Below are positions 40,891 through 49,788 of a stretch of 64,000 nt of DNA, one piece after another (the first letter of the stretch is position 1; each line of letters starts with the position of its first letter). Under the pieces are notes generated by a model that saw only the letters and a program-made list of their open reading frames with translations, was not told the DNA's origin and made no database searches. The DNA lies in NCBI GenBank assembly GCA_903901225.1, contig CAIUQE010000031.1:28676-92675 (forward strand), written 5' to 3'. The DNA is from Candidatus Omnitrophota bacterium. GTDB taxonomy: Bacteria; Omnitrophota; Gorgyraeia; Zapsychrales; Fredricksoniimonadaceae. Position numbers and translations under genes: made by a program.

Positions 40891-41298
40891 ATGGCAGGTC
40901 GTTTAGCGAAACTTAAACTTATCGAAGACAAACAGCTCCGCAAGGACCTTCCGGAATTCAAGGTCGGCGATACCATCAAGATGAAGATCAAGGTTATGGA
41001 AGCGGATAAGATCCGCCTGCATTCCTGGGAAGGCATCGTGATCGCGAGGACCGGTTCCGGCAACAAGGCGGTGTTCACGGTCCGCAAGATCTCCTTCGGT
41101 GAAGGCGTGGAGAAGATGTTCCCGCTCCATTCACCCGTCATCGCGAGCCTCAAGGTCGTCAGCCGCGGCACGGTCGGCCGCGCGAAGCTGTTTTATCTGC
41201 GCGACAAGACAGGTAAAGCGGCGCGTGTTGAAACGGACGCGGTTTCTGAAGCTGATCAGTTGGCGCAGGAAGCTGCGTCGGCGGCAGCTGCGGAATAA
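40891..41298 (+). CDS. rplS: 50S ribosomal protein L19
   Basis: PEFKVGDT, FTVRKIS.GEGVE, RAKLFYLR. Confidence 0.96.
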   Translation: MAGRLAKLKLIEDKQLRKDLPEFKVGDTIKMKIKVMEADKIRLHSWEGIVIARTGSGNKAVFTVRKISFGEGVEKMFPLHSPVIASLKVVSRGTVGRAKLFYLRDKTGKAARVETDAVSEADQLAQEAASAAAAE

Positions 41299-41919
41299 GT
41301 GATATCGGGACACACTGAATTATCGGGATTCGACAAAGCGAAAGCCGTTGGCTTTCGCTTTCTTTTTGGGGTGGATGAGGCGGGGCGCGGCCCGCTCGCC
41401 GGCCCTGTTGTCGCGGCGGCGGTCTGCGTCAGGGACCACGCGCTTGGCTGCCGCATCGGCGATTCAAAGCTTTTGACGCATACCCAGCGGGAAAAAGCGT
41501 TCCCCCTGATCCATGCCAAGGCGTTCGTCGGCGTGGGTGTCGTGAGTGAGAAGGTCATTGACGAGATCAATATCCTGCGCGCCGCGCATCTGGCCATGAC
41601 GATCGCGGTCAGGGACCTGTCCGCGCGCTTGACAGCCGCACAGGCCGATGTCAAGGTTTTGGTCGACGGGAATTCGTACCGCGGCGAGATCCCGTACGAG
41701 GTCGAATGCGTGGTCAAGGGTGACAGCAAAAGTTTTGCCATTGCCTGTGCCAGCATCATCGCCAAAGTCACGCGTGACCGCATGATGGATGAATACGACG
41801 CGCTTTACCCCCAGTACGGATTCGCCGCGCACAAGGGATACCCCGTCCCCGCGCACTATGACGCGTTAAGGAAATGTGGCCCAGCCCCCATCCACAGGCG
41901 GTCGTTCCGTTTGGTTTGA
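41299..41919 (+). CDS. rnhB: ribonuclease HII
   Basis: GVDEAGRGPLAGPV, DSK, ASIIAKVTRD, HKGY, HRRSF. Confidence 0.96.
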   Translation: MISGHTELSGFDKAKAVGFRFLFGVDEAGRGPLAGPVVAAAVCVRDHALGCRIGDSKLLTHTQREKAFPLIHAKAFVGVGVVSEKVIDEINILRAAHLAMTIAVRDLSARLTAAQADVKVLVDGNSYRGEIPYEVECVVKGDSKSFAIACASIIAKVTRDRMMDEYDALYPQYGFAAHKGYPVPAHYDALRKCGPAPIHRRSFRLV

Positions 41920-41943
41920 TCCGTAACAAGAAAAGGAAGACCC

Positions 41944-42303
41944 ATGCGTTCACACAAGCTTGGCAAGGATGGCGAAGCGTTCGCCCTTGAATTCCTGGCG
42001 CGTGAGGGCTATGAGATCATCGAGGCTAATTACCGCTGCAAGACGGGCGAGATCGACCTTGTGGCCCAAGATCATGGGGTGGTGTGCTTTATCGAGGTGA
42101 AATCCCGGCAGGAGGACGGCTGGGACGCGTTCGAAGCGGTCGACCGGCGCAAGCAACGCAAGATAAGGCAAGTGGCGCTGTATTATCTCCTGGATAAATT
42201 CCATACCGAAGATGTCGTCGCCCGGTTCGACGTGCTGGGAGTCCGCCTGACCCGTGAGGGCGCCTTTGAGGCCGAGCTTTTGAAGGACGCGTTCGGGATA
42301 TGA
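41944..42303 (+). CDS. yraN: YraN family endonuclease-like protein
   Basis: G..GE..A..FL, GEIDLVA, FIEVKSR, RFDV. Confidence 0.92.
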   Translation: MRSHKLGKDGEAFALEFLAREGYEIIEANYRCKTGEIDLVAQDHGVVCFIEVKSRQEDGWDAFEAVDRRKQRKIRQVALYYLLDKFHTEDVVARFDVLGVRLTREGAFEAELLKDAFGI

Positions 42304-42326
42304 CCCCGGCGCTCGGCGTCTTTTTT
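42302..42326 (+). terminator. weak intrinsic terminator after yraN
   Basis: Imperfect GC hairpin GAC.CCG..CGG.GTC followed by T6. Confidence 0.4.
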
Positions 42327-42375
42327 CCTTGAGCCTTAATTCTTTACAGCCCTCCAGAAAATCATTATAATCTCT

Positions 42376-43536
42376 ATGCCAATGCGTATTAAAAAGAATA
42401 TTCCTATATATAGTATTTTGTTTGTATCTCTATTTATTCTACCTGCGAAGGCCATGGCGTACCGCATGGGCGATTTCGAGGTACTGCCTTTCTTTTCCGG
42501 GGCCGGGAAGTACGACACCAACGTCCTTCAGACGAACACCGGCCGGATCAGGGATTATGCCACGGACCTGACCGCCGCTGTCAGCGTTACGCATGAAAGC
42601 AAACAGCAGATGTTCGGGCTGACCGGGTCGCTGTCAGAGGAAATATATGCCCGTGAAAGGTCCTTGAACAATACCTCTGAAAATATCGATCTTTCCTATG
42701 CCCGGCAATTTGACCGCAACACCACGTTCAACGCCGCCAACACGTTCAACCATACCGACACGCCCACGAACTTCGCGGACCAGTTCGGCCGCACGTCGGG
42801 CCGCTACCAGTATTTTTTGAACCGTTTCGGGATGGGGTACGGCTTTGACGTGAGCCGGCAGTTCAGTGTGGCCGCCAATTATGCCAGCGAGATCTATGAC
42901 CCGGCCCTCCGCGGCCTTGCGTCGTCCCTGCAGAATGCCATCAGCCTGCGCGGCGATTACGTCGTGACCTCGACCACCAGCCTGGTGGGTGTTTACGGAT
43001 TTTCCCGCCGAAGCTTTGATCCGGGCGGCAAGGTGACGGCGAACACGTTCGATGGCGGTGTCCGCGAATATTTTTCGTCGAAAACCTACGTTGACCTGCT
43101 CGGGGGGGCAAGCGCCAGCAGCGGGGTTGACGGGAAGAGATCCACCACGCCCCGCTATGAGGCGACGTTGAGCCATGAGATCACCGGCAAGACCCGGGCG
43201 AGCGCTTCATTGACGTGGCGCACGGACACGAATTACAGCAGCAGCGACCTGTTCCGCTCTTCCCGCGCGAGCGTGTCCTTGTCCCATCGTTTTTACAGCC
43301 GCTTGTCGGGCGGCGCGGAGCTGTTCCACGGGCAGGGCAAATACACCGACCTGGGCATCCAGGACAAGTTCAACGGCGCCAGCGGCAATGTTGAGTATGC
43401 CCTTACCCCGGATGCGGATATTTTTGGGAGCAGTACTTATTCAAGGACCAGCTCGAACCTCGCGTCCCGCGCTTACGCGCGCGCCATCGTGTCGTTCTTT
43501 ACGAACATCGCGAGTGGCGAGTCAGGCGACCAATGA
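42376..43536 (+). CDS. outer membrane beta-barrel (EPS-locus-associated type), C-terminus probably replaced
   Basis: Signal peptide AMA-Y, YDTNV motif, alternating aromatic beta strands; ends SGESGDQ rather than an aromatic beta-signal. Confidence 0.7.
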   Translation: MPMRIKKNIPIYSILFVSLFILPAKAMAYRMGDFEVLPFFSGAGKYDTNVLQTNTGRIRDYATDLTAAVSVTHESKQQMFGLTGSLSEEIYARERSLNNTSENIDLSYARQFDRNTTFNAANTFNHTDTPTNFADQFGRTSGRYQYFLNRFGMGYGFDVSRQFSVAANYASEIYDPALRGLASSLQNAISLRGDYVVTSTTSLVGVYGFSRRSFDPGGKVTANTFDGGVREYFSSKTYVDLLGGASASSGVDGKRSTTPRYEATLSHEITGKTRASASLTWRTDTNYSSSDLFRSSRASVSLSHRFYSRLSGGAELFHGQGKYTDLGIQDKFNGASGNVEYALTPDADIFGSSTYSRTSSNLASRAYARAIVSFFTNIASGESGDQ

Positions 43537-43654
43537 AGACAAGGGTAATAATGTCAAGGTGAGTCCGCGGACGTTCACGGTGCCTTCGGCGACGTTTGAG
43601 TTTATGTTCGAACCTCATTCATTGACGGCGATCGAGCTGGATCGGATGAAATAG
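43490..43654 (+). pseudogene. C-terminal relic resembling the all-beta tail of glycoside hydrolases (GH51/GH30-like)
   Basis: Alternative frame reads NNVKVSPRTFTVPSATFEFMFEPHSLTAIEL-stop; no independent start. Confidence 0.4.
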
Positions 43655-43875
43655 AAGTATCATTCATCGCTACAAAATTGCGCGGAGCCACGATTGTCGC
43701 CAGGCTTTCCCATGGTTCACCAAGTGGGATGACAATAAATAATGCTTTATTAAGGTTCATGGATGGTATACTTTACCTCAAGTGGTCCTTTGATCGTGGT
43801 GTTTATCAAAATGGCTTGACAAGATGAGTATGGTTTCGATAGGATTATGCCCTTAAAAGGTAAGGAATCCCGCAT

Positions 43876-44625
43876 ATGATGAATTTAGGAAATGTTGTAT
43901 TAGGTGCTGTGCCGCGAATCGTTATTGCTGTTACGGATCAGGATCAGAACAGCACCATTGATCGTTCATGCGCGGATATTCTTGAAGTGCGTGCTGATGA
44001 ATTTCAAGACAGCAGCTTGCCATACGCGCAGGCTCAAATTAAGAGAATTAGTGACGCTGGATTGCCCATGATCTTGACGATAAGAAATGATGCCAAAGAG
44101 GGTGGGCGTAGTGCCGCCATTACAGATGAGCAAAAATATAAAATCTTTGAGTCAGCCATATCGCTGGTTGACGCTCTAGATATTGAGTTGTCGTCCAGGA
44201 TCATTGCCAGGGTGATCAAGTTGGCCAGGGATAACGGTAAAGTTATAATCGTTTCATCTCATGATTTTAAGCAAACAGTTTCAGATGATCAGCTGGAAGA
44301 TTATTTTCAGCGATCCAGAAATGTCGGGGCTGATATTGTTAAGATCGCCATGCAGGCGCATACTAAAGATGACGTTAAGCGTTTAATGGCATTTACTTTG
44401 AAGCATGATGCGGATAATGTTGTAACGGTGTCTTTAGGTAGTGTTGGGTCGATGTCGCGCTTAATGCTACCTGCGATGGGTTCTTTGCTGACGTACAGTT
44501 ATCTCGGTAAAGAATCTGCGCCTGGGCAGATCCATCTTTCCAGATTGCAAGAGGACCTTCGATTTTATTATCCTGAGTACAATGAGTATTTTATCGGGAA
44601 GAATAGTATCCTGGAATGCGTTTAA
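43876..44625 (+). CDS. aroD: type I 3-dehydroquinate dehydratase
   Basis: LEVRAD, LTIR...EGG, DIEL, SSHDF (His), VKIA (Schiff-base Lys), SAPGQ; AT-rich. Confidence 0.9.
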   Translation: MMNLGNVVLGAVPRIVIAVTDQDQNSTIDRSCADILEVRADEFQDSSLPYAQAQIKRISDAGLPMILTIRNDAKEGGRSAAITDEQKYKIFESAISLVDALDIELSSRIIARVIKLARDNGKVIIVSSHDFKQTVSDDQLEDYFQRSRNVGADIVKIAMQAHTKDDVKRLMAFTLKHDADNVVTVSLGSVGSMSRLMLPAMGSLLTYSYLGKESAPGQIHLSRLQEDLRFYYPEYNEYFIGKNSILECV

Positions 44626-44651
44626 TTTGAGTTGTGAGTTTGAAAGAAATT

Positions 44652-44686
44652 AAAGCCCCATTTCTGAAAAGAGATGGGGCTTTTTT
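44652..44686 (+). terminator. intrinsic terminator after aroD
   Basis: AAAGCCCCATTTC-loop-GAGATGGGGCTTTTTT. Confidence 0.85.
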
Positions 44687-44708
44687 AATTGACGGCGATC
44701 GAGCTGGA

Positions 44709-44767
44709 TCGATATCGCGCTTGATGCTACCTGCGATGGGTCCTTTGTTAACGTACAGTGATCCCGG
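44709..44767 (+). repeat. degenerate copy of aroD 44449-44507
   Basis: 52/59 identity by manual ungapped alignment, offset 260 bp. Confidence 0.85.
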
Positions 44768-44784
44768 ATACACGGATAAGTTTC

Positions 44785-44813
44785 TTGACAACAATAGTTT
44801 ATCCGGATAAACT
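44785..44813 (+). promoter_or_regulatory. promoter with perfect 18-bp palindromic operator
   Basis: TTGACA-17 bp-TAAACT; AGTTTATCCGGATAAACT at 44796-44813. Confidence 0.8.
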
Positions 44814-44822
44814 TTATTTACT

Positions 44823-45968
44823 ATGGAAATCATCCAACGGCAGTTTAAGCTAGATCTTCCCAACGGTAAGTCCGCGTTCCTTTGGGGGCCGCGTAAGACA
44901 GGCAAAAGTTACTGGATCAAACATCATTTGCCGCAAGCCAAAGTCATCGATCTTTTGAAGACCGATGTGTTTGCGGATTATTCTTCGCGGCCAGCTTTGC
45001 TTAGAGAAAGGTACTACGATCACAAGGGCTTGATCGTGATCGACGAGGTGCAGAAGGTCCCTGCTTTGCTGGATGAGGTCCACTGGATGATCGAGAACCG
45101 GGGGGCCTCTTTTCTTTTGACCGGATCAAGCGCGCGCAAGCTTAAACGTGGCCATGCCAATATGCTTGGGGGACGGGCCTGGCGCAGGTCCATGTGTCCT
45201 TTGTCCTGGAGTGAAATACAGGGGTTTGATCTTGAACGTGTGATGAGGTCCGGGCTTTTGCCCCCGCATATCCTTTCGACAGCTCCGGCCGAGGACCTGA
45301 GGGCTTATATTGCTGACTACCTTAAAGAGGAGATCGCGGCTGAAGCTTTGACGCAAAACATCCCGGCGTTCAATGAATTTTTACGGGTGGCGGCTTTGAC
45401 ATCGAGCGAACTGATCAATTATGTCAATATGGCCCGTGAGACGGGGGTCAAACATAATATCGTGCGCAATTATTTCAGTGTTCTTGAAGATACGCATCTT
45501 GGCCGGAGGCTGGCGCCCTGGAAGAAGTCGGCGAACCGCCGGATGATCCAAACGGAAAAATTTTATCTTTTTGATGTTGGCGTTGCCAACCATCTGGCCG
45601 GCCGGCATCCGCGGCTGGGCAATGCTGACTTTGGAAAATCATTCGAACATTTTATTTTCATGGAGCTTTGCGCTTTTCAGGCTTATCGTTACCCCGATCT
45701 GCCATTGAGCTATTGGCGCACAAGTTCAGGGCAGGAAGTTGATTTTATCCTGGGGGATAAAGAACTTGCCGTCGAGGTCAAGTCTTCCGCGCGGGTACAT
45801 GAAGGCGATACGCGCGTTCTTTCGACGCTTCTTCAAGACGGGCCCGTAAGGCGCGCCTGCATTGTTTCACTGGAAAAGGAGCCGCGGCGGATCTCTCCCG
45901 AAATAACCGCGTTGCCATGGGAGACCTTTCTTGAGAAGCTTTGGGGCAATGAGTTCTTTAAGCAGTGA
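44823..45968 (+). CDS. AAA_14 ATPase + DUF4143 (wHTH/PD-(D/E)XK) protein
   Basis: GPRKTGKS, IDEVQ, LTGSS, KFYLFDVG, EVDFI..VEVKS. Confidence 0.88.
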   Translation: MEIIQRQFKLDLPNGKSAFLWGPRKTGKSYWIKHHLPQAKVIDLLKTDVFADYSSRPALLRERYYDHKGLIVIDEVQKVPALLDEVHWMIENRGASFLLTGSSARKLKRGHANMLGGRAWRRSMCPLSWSEIQGFDLERVMRSGLLPPHILSTAPAEDLRAYIADYLKEEIAAEALTQNIPAFNEFLRVAALTSSELINYVNMARETGVKHNIVRNYFSVLEDTHLGRRLAPWKKSANRRMIQTEKFYLFDVGVANHLAGRHPRLGNADFGKSFEHFIFMELCAFQAYRYPDLPLSYWRTSSGQEVDFILGDKELAVEVKSSARVHEGDTRVLSTLLQDGPVRRACIVSLEKEPRRISPEITALPWETFLEKLWGNEFFKQ

Positions 45969-46020
45969 GTTAATTGGCTTAGATCAGGCGCATTTTTTAA
46001 CCTGCGTTTCAACGGAGTAA

Positions 46021-47025
46021 ATGAAAGCATCCTTTATGGCTACAAAATTGCACGGATCGGTCATTGTCACGTATCGCTGTAACGCCAGATGCAACATGTG
46101 CGATGTCTGGAAGTTCCCGAGCAAGCCTGAAGAAGAGATCGGGCTGGATGTTTACGCGAAGCTGCCGCCGATGTTCTTCACGAACATCACGGGCGGCGAG
46201 CCGTTCGTCCGCCAGGACCTGCCCGAGATCGTGGCCCTCCTGCGCCAGAAATCCAAACGGATCGTGATCAGCACCAACGGGTTCTTCACCGACCGCATCA
46301 TCGCGCTGTTCGAGAAATACCCTGATCTTGGCATCCGCATCAGCATCGAGGGAAGCCAGGCGACCAATGATGCCATCCGCGGTATTCCTGATGGTGCCGC
46401 GCGCACGGAACGCACCCTGCTGAAACTGCGCGAGATGGGGATCAAGGATATCGGGTTCGCCATGACCGTGCAGGACATGAATGCCCAAGACCTGGTCGGG
46501 CTTTACGAAAAGGCCGAGGGCCTGGGGTATGAGTTCGCGACGGCGACACTGCATAACTCGCATTATTTCTGCAAGACCACGAACCGCATCCAGGACAAGG
46601 CGATGGTCATCGCCGAGTTTGAGCGCCTGATCGGCCGGCTGATACGTTCCGCCAAGGTCAAGCAGTGGTTCCGCGCGTATTTTAATTACGGGCTGATCAA
46701 TTACATCCGGGGCAACAGGCGGTTCTTGCCCTGCGAGATGGGGCAGGACGGTTTTTTCATGGACCCGTTCGGCGACATCCTCGCGTGCAACGGCATGGAC
46801 GTGAAAATGCCCATGGGCAATTTGAAGTCCCAGTCGTGGGATGAGATCTGGCATGGCGCCGGGGCAAAGAAAGTGCGGGCTGCCGTCAAGGCGTGCGGGA
46901 AGAATTGCTGGATGATCGGTTCCGCCGCGCCCGCGATATGGCATCGCCCCCTGAAGCCCATGATGTGGGTGGCGCGCAACAAGCTGCGGGCGATGTTAAC
47001 CAGGTCTGGGGAACAACAAGGATGA
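46021..47025 (+). CDS. radical SAM protein with SPASM/twitch domain
   Basis: CNARCNMC, TGGEP, C-terminal C..G....DPFG...AC..MGN; start may be 46036. Confidence 0.9.
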   Translation: MKASFMATKLHGSVIVTYRCNARCNMCDVWKFPSKPEEEIGLDVYAKLPPMFFTNITGGEPFVRQDLPEIVALLRQKSKRIVISTNGFFTDRIIALFEKYPDLGIRISIEGSQATNDAIRGIPDGAARTERTLLKLREMGIKDIGFAMTVQDMNAQDLVGLYEKAEGLGYEFATATLHNSHYFCKTTNRIQDKAMVIAEFERLIGRLIRSAKVKQWFRAYFNYGLINYIRGNRRFLPCEMGQDGFFMDPFGDILACNGMDVKMPMGNLKSQSWDEIWHGAGAKKVRAAVKACGKNCWMIGSAAPAIWHRPLKPMMWVARNKLRAMLTRSGEQQG

Positions 47026-48125
47026 AGGTCGTTGTCATCGGCACACGCGGGTTTCCGGACGTCCAGGGCGGGATCGAAAAGCACTGCGAACAGCTTTATC
47101 CGGTCCTTGTGAGTGACGGGGTAGATGTCACGGTGCTGACGCGCAAGCCGTATGTTGATCCCGCGCTCACGCAATATCTCGGCGTTAAACTTGTCCCCAT
47201 CGCTTGCCCCCGGCAGAAATTTCTCGAAGCCATTGTCCATTCCTTCCGGGCGGTGCTTTACGCCAAGAAACTCAAGCCGGACATCGTGCATATCCACGCC
47301 ATCGGCCCCGCCCTGGTGGCGCCGCTCGCGCGGTTGCTGGGCCTCAAGGTCGTCATCACGCATCACGGGCCTGATTACGAGCGCAAGAAATGGAATTGGA
47401 TCGCCAGGGCCGTCCTGCGTGCCGGCGAGGCGGGGGGATGCCTGTGCGCGAACAGGATCATCACGATCGCCGATAATATCGCGCGGTCGGTCAAAGCGAA
47501 ATTCGGGCGGGATGCCGTCGTGATCCCCAACGGGGTTATTGTGCCGCGGCTCCTGCCGCCGGGCGAGGCCCTGAAGAAATTCGGCCTAGAGCCCGGGAAA
47601 TATTTTCTTGCCGTCGGGAGGTTCGTTCCTGAAAAGGGGTTTCACGACCTTGTCAGGGCTTACGCGCAAATGGGGGATATGGACTGGAAACTTGTTATCG
47701 CGGGCGACGCGGACCATCCAGACCGCTACAGCCGTTCCCTGAAGAGTGCCGCGGGCAGGGTGGCGGGTGTCGTGTTGACCGGGTTTATTTCAGGGGCGCC
47801 GTTGCGGGAGATCTATTCCAGCGCGGGGCTTTTTGTCCTGCCGTCGTATCATGAGGGCCTGCCGATCGTCCTTCTGGAGGCCATGAGTTTCGGCCTTGCG
47901 TGTCTTGCTTCCGATATACCGGCGAACAGGGCGGTGCCCTTGGCCCCGGCGCGTTATTTCCCGGCGGGCGACGCGGGTGTCATGGCCGGGAAACTTTCGG
48001 GTTACAAGGGGATGCCGTGGCCCGCGGGGCAGGGTACCCGTGACGCGCAGATCGCCCTGATCAGCGACACGTATAACTGGACAAGGATCGCGCGAGAAAC
48101 AAAGAACGTTTACGACCAGCTCTGA
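47022..48125 (+). CDS. family 4 glycosyltransferase
   Basis: GTRGFP..GGIE, VGRFVPEKG, EGLPIVLLEAM. Confidence 0.92.
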   Translation: MKVVVIGTRGFPDVQGGIEKHCEQLYPVLVSDGVDVTVLTRKPYVDPALTQYLGVKLVPIACPRQKFLEAIVHSFRAVLYAKKLKPDIVHIHAIGPALVAPLARLLGLKVVITHHGPDYERKKWNWIARAVLRAGEAGGCLCANRIITIADNIARSVKAKFGRDAVVIPNGVIVPRLLPPGEALKKFGLEPGKYFLAVGRFVPEKGFHDLVRAYAQMGDMDWKLVIAGDADHPDRYSRSLKSAAGRVAGVVLTGFISGAPLREIYSSAGLFVLPSYHEGLPIVLLEAMSFGLACLASDIPANRAVPLAPARYFPAGDAGVMAGKLSGYKGMPWPAGQGTRDAQIALISDTYNWTRIARETKNVYDQL

Positions 48126-48143
48126 TGTTATAATCCCAACCAT

Positions 48144-49004
48144 ATGTCAAAGGCTACGCCAACCTCTTACCGCGTCATTATTCTCCATGCCCTTCTGTGG
48201 GGGGCGTTCATCCTGCTATATTTCTCGACCTTTGTTGACCTTTATCAAAGCCGCTGGGAGAACATTGATTATACCCATGCCTATATCGTCCTGCCGGTCG
48301 CGCTGTTTTTGGCGTGGCTCAGGCGCGCCGAGGTCAAAGCCGTGCTGGGGATCGCGGTGTCCGCGGCTGATACGGCCCGCGGCCTCGCGCTCATTGTTCT
48401 TGCCGCGCTGATGTTTTTGCTGGGGACGCGCATGGGTTTTTTGATGATCACCACGCTGTCGCTCGTCCCGATGATCTTTGGCATCATCTTTTACCGTTAC
48501 AATGGCCGGCTCGCCCGCGTCCTGATGTTCCCGATACTTTATTTACTCCTGCTGGTCCCGCCGCCGCTGGGGATACTGGACGCGATCACGCTGCCGATGC
48601 GCCATATCACGTCGGCCGCGGCCGCGGCTATCCTGGGGACGTTCCTGCCGGTGCACCGCGAAGGCATGATGATCTATATCCAGGACACGCAGATCTTCGT
48701 GGGCGCGCCGTGCAGCGGGTTCCGGTCGCTGGTCACGATGTTCGCCCTGGCGCTGGTGTATGTGCATGTCATCAGGATGGAAGGCGCCCGGAGGCTTGTC
48801 CTGCTTGCCTCGGTCGTGCCGCTGGCCATGTTCGGGAACATGGTCCGCGTGGTCGTGCTCAGCCTGATCACGTGTTTTTTCGGGAAAGAGGCGGGCGAGG
48901 GGTTCTTTCATAATTTCAGCGGGTTCGTGATATTCACGATCATGATGAGCGGGTTATTGCTGGTCGCGAAGCTGATCGATGTGGAGGCCCCCGATGATGC
49001 TTAA
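48144..49004 (+). CDS. exosortase (EpsH family)
   Basis: YTHA..V, catalytic C (PCSGFRS), R (NMVRV), H (FFHNFSG); multi-TM. Confidence 0.92.
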   Translation: MSKATPTSYRVIILHALLWGAFILLYFSTFVDLYQSRWENIDYTHAYIVLPVALFLAWLRRAEVKAVLGIAVSAADTARGLALIVLAALMFLLGTRMGFLMITTLSLVPMIFGIIFYRYNGRLARVLMFPILYLLLLVPPPLGILDAITLPMRHITSAAAAAILGTFLPVHREGMMIYIQDTQIFVGAPCSGFRSLVTMFALALVYVHVIRMEGARRLVLLASVVPLAMFGNMVRVVVLSLITCFFGKEAGEGFFHNFSGFVIFTIMMSGLLLVAKLIDVEAPDDA

Positions 49005-49650
49005 AGACCGTTCCTTCCATATCCTGGCCATCCTCGCGGTGGCCTTCGCCCTTGCCTTTGGCCTGCCGCAGACCAAGTACAAGAGCACGGATGTCCTCCA
49101 GCAGCTTCATGTCCCCATGGCGTTCGCGGGGTGGAGCGGGCACGATTATGACAGCGGCCAGAAGCTGATGGACGAGAGGTACAATTTCATGAACGCGCTG
49201 TTCCTGCGGGAATACGCCAATCCCGAAGGCCGCAAGGTGTTCCTGTTCCTCCTGGACGCGGGGAATTTTCATAATCCCAAGGTTTGCCTGACGGCAGTCG
49301 GGTTCAAGATGCGCGAGCTCGACGACACGGCCCTGGCGTTCAGGACACGGGCGCGCGGCAAGGACGCGCCTTTCAGCGGCACCTCGATCTACATCAGCAA
49401 GGAGAAGGCGGGCGTGCTGGTCACGTACTGGATGGTCATCAATGGCCGCAGGGTCAACTGGGTCGAGCAAAAAGCGGTTGAGCTGTGGTGTTCGCTCCTT
49501 GGCATCCGCAAGGCCGGGCTGATGGTCCGCATCGATATCCCCACCAACGAGGCAGACCTGCCCCACGCCAGGGAACTGCTCAAGTCCTTTACCGCGTCGC
49601 TGGACGAGGCCATTACGTCCAATGAACGCTGGTTTATTTTCGGGCGGTAG
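48994..49650 (+). CDS. EpsI family exosortase-associated protein
   Basis: TM, P..FAGW.G, R.Y, HNPKVCL..VG, TYW; adjacent to the exosortase. Confidence 0.85.
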   Translation: MMLKDRSFHILAILAVAFALAFGLPQTKYKSTDVLQQLHVPMAFAGWSGHDYDSGQKLMDERYNFMNALFLREYANPEGRKVFLFLLDAGNFHNPKVCLTAVGFKMRELDDTALAFRTRARGKDAPFSGTSIYISKEKAGVLVTYWMVINGRRVNWVEQKAVELWCSLLGIRKAGLMVRIDIPTNEADLPHARELLKSFTASLDEAITSNERWFIFGR

Positions 49651-49690
49651 GCGAAAAGTAAATAACGCGCAGACGTAGCATTCGTTTTAT

Positions 49691-49782
49691 ATACCCGATA
49701 GGGTATGTTTCTTGTTTTTTATTCTAAATTCTTTCAATTTATAACATCTGTTCTTGATTTTATACCCTTTAGGGTGTATATT
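49691..49782 (+). promoter_or_regulatory. two inverted-repeat operators and promoter of the hip operon
   Basis: ATACCC-gata-GGGTAT (49691-49706) and ATACCC-ttta-GGGTGT (49762-49777); the second lies inside TTGATT-17-TATATT. Confidence 0.75.
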
Positions 49783-49788
49783 TTAATC

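Larger units (their letters stand above)
43621..44711. repeat. 24-bp perfect direct repeat flanking aroD (43621-43644 and 44688-44711)
   Basis: ATTGACGGCGATCGAGCTGGATCG occurs at both sites. Confidence 0.92.

Noticed and set aside
44449-44767. DGR template/variable repeat pair
   Set aside because: The 7 mismatches are not adenine-specific (T/C, C/T and T/G included) and there is no reverse transcriptase in the window.
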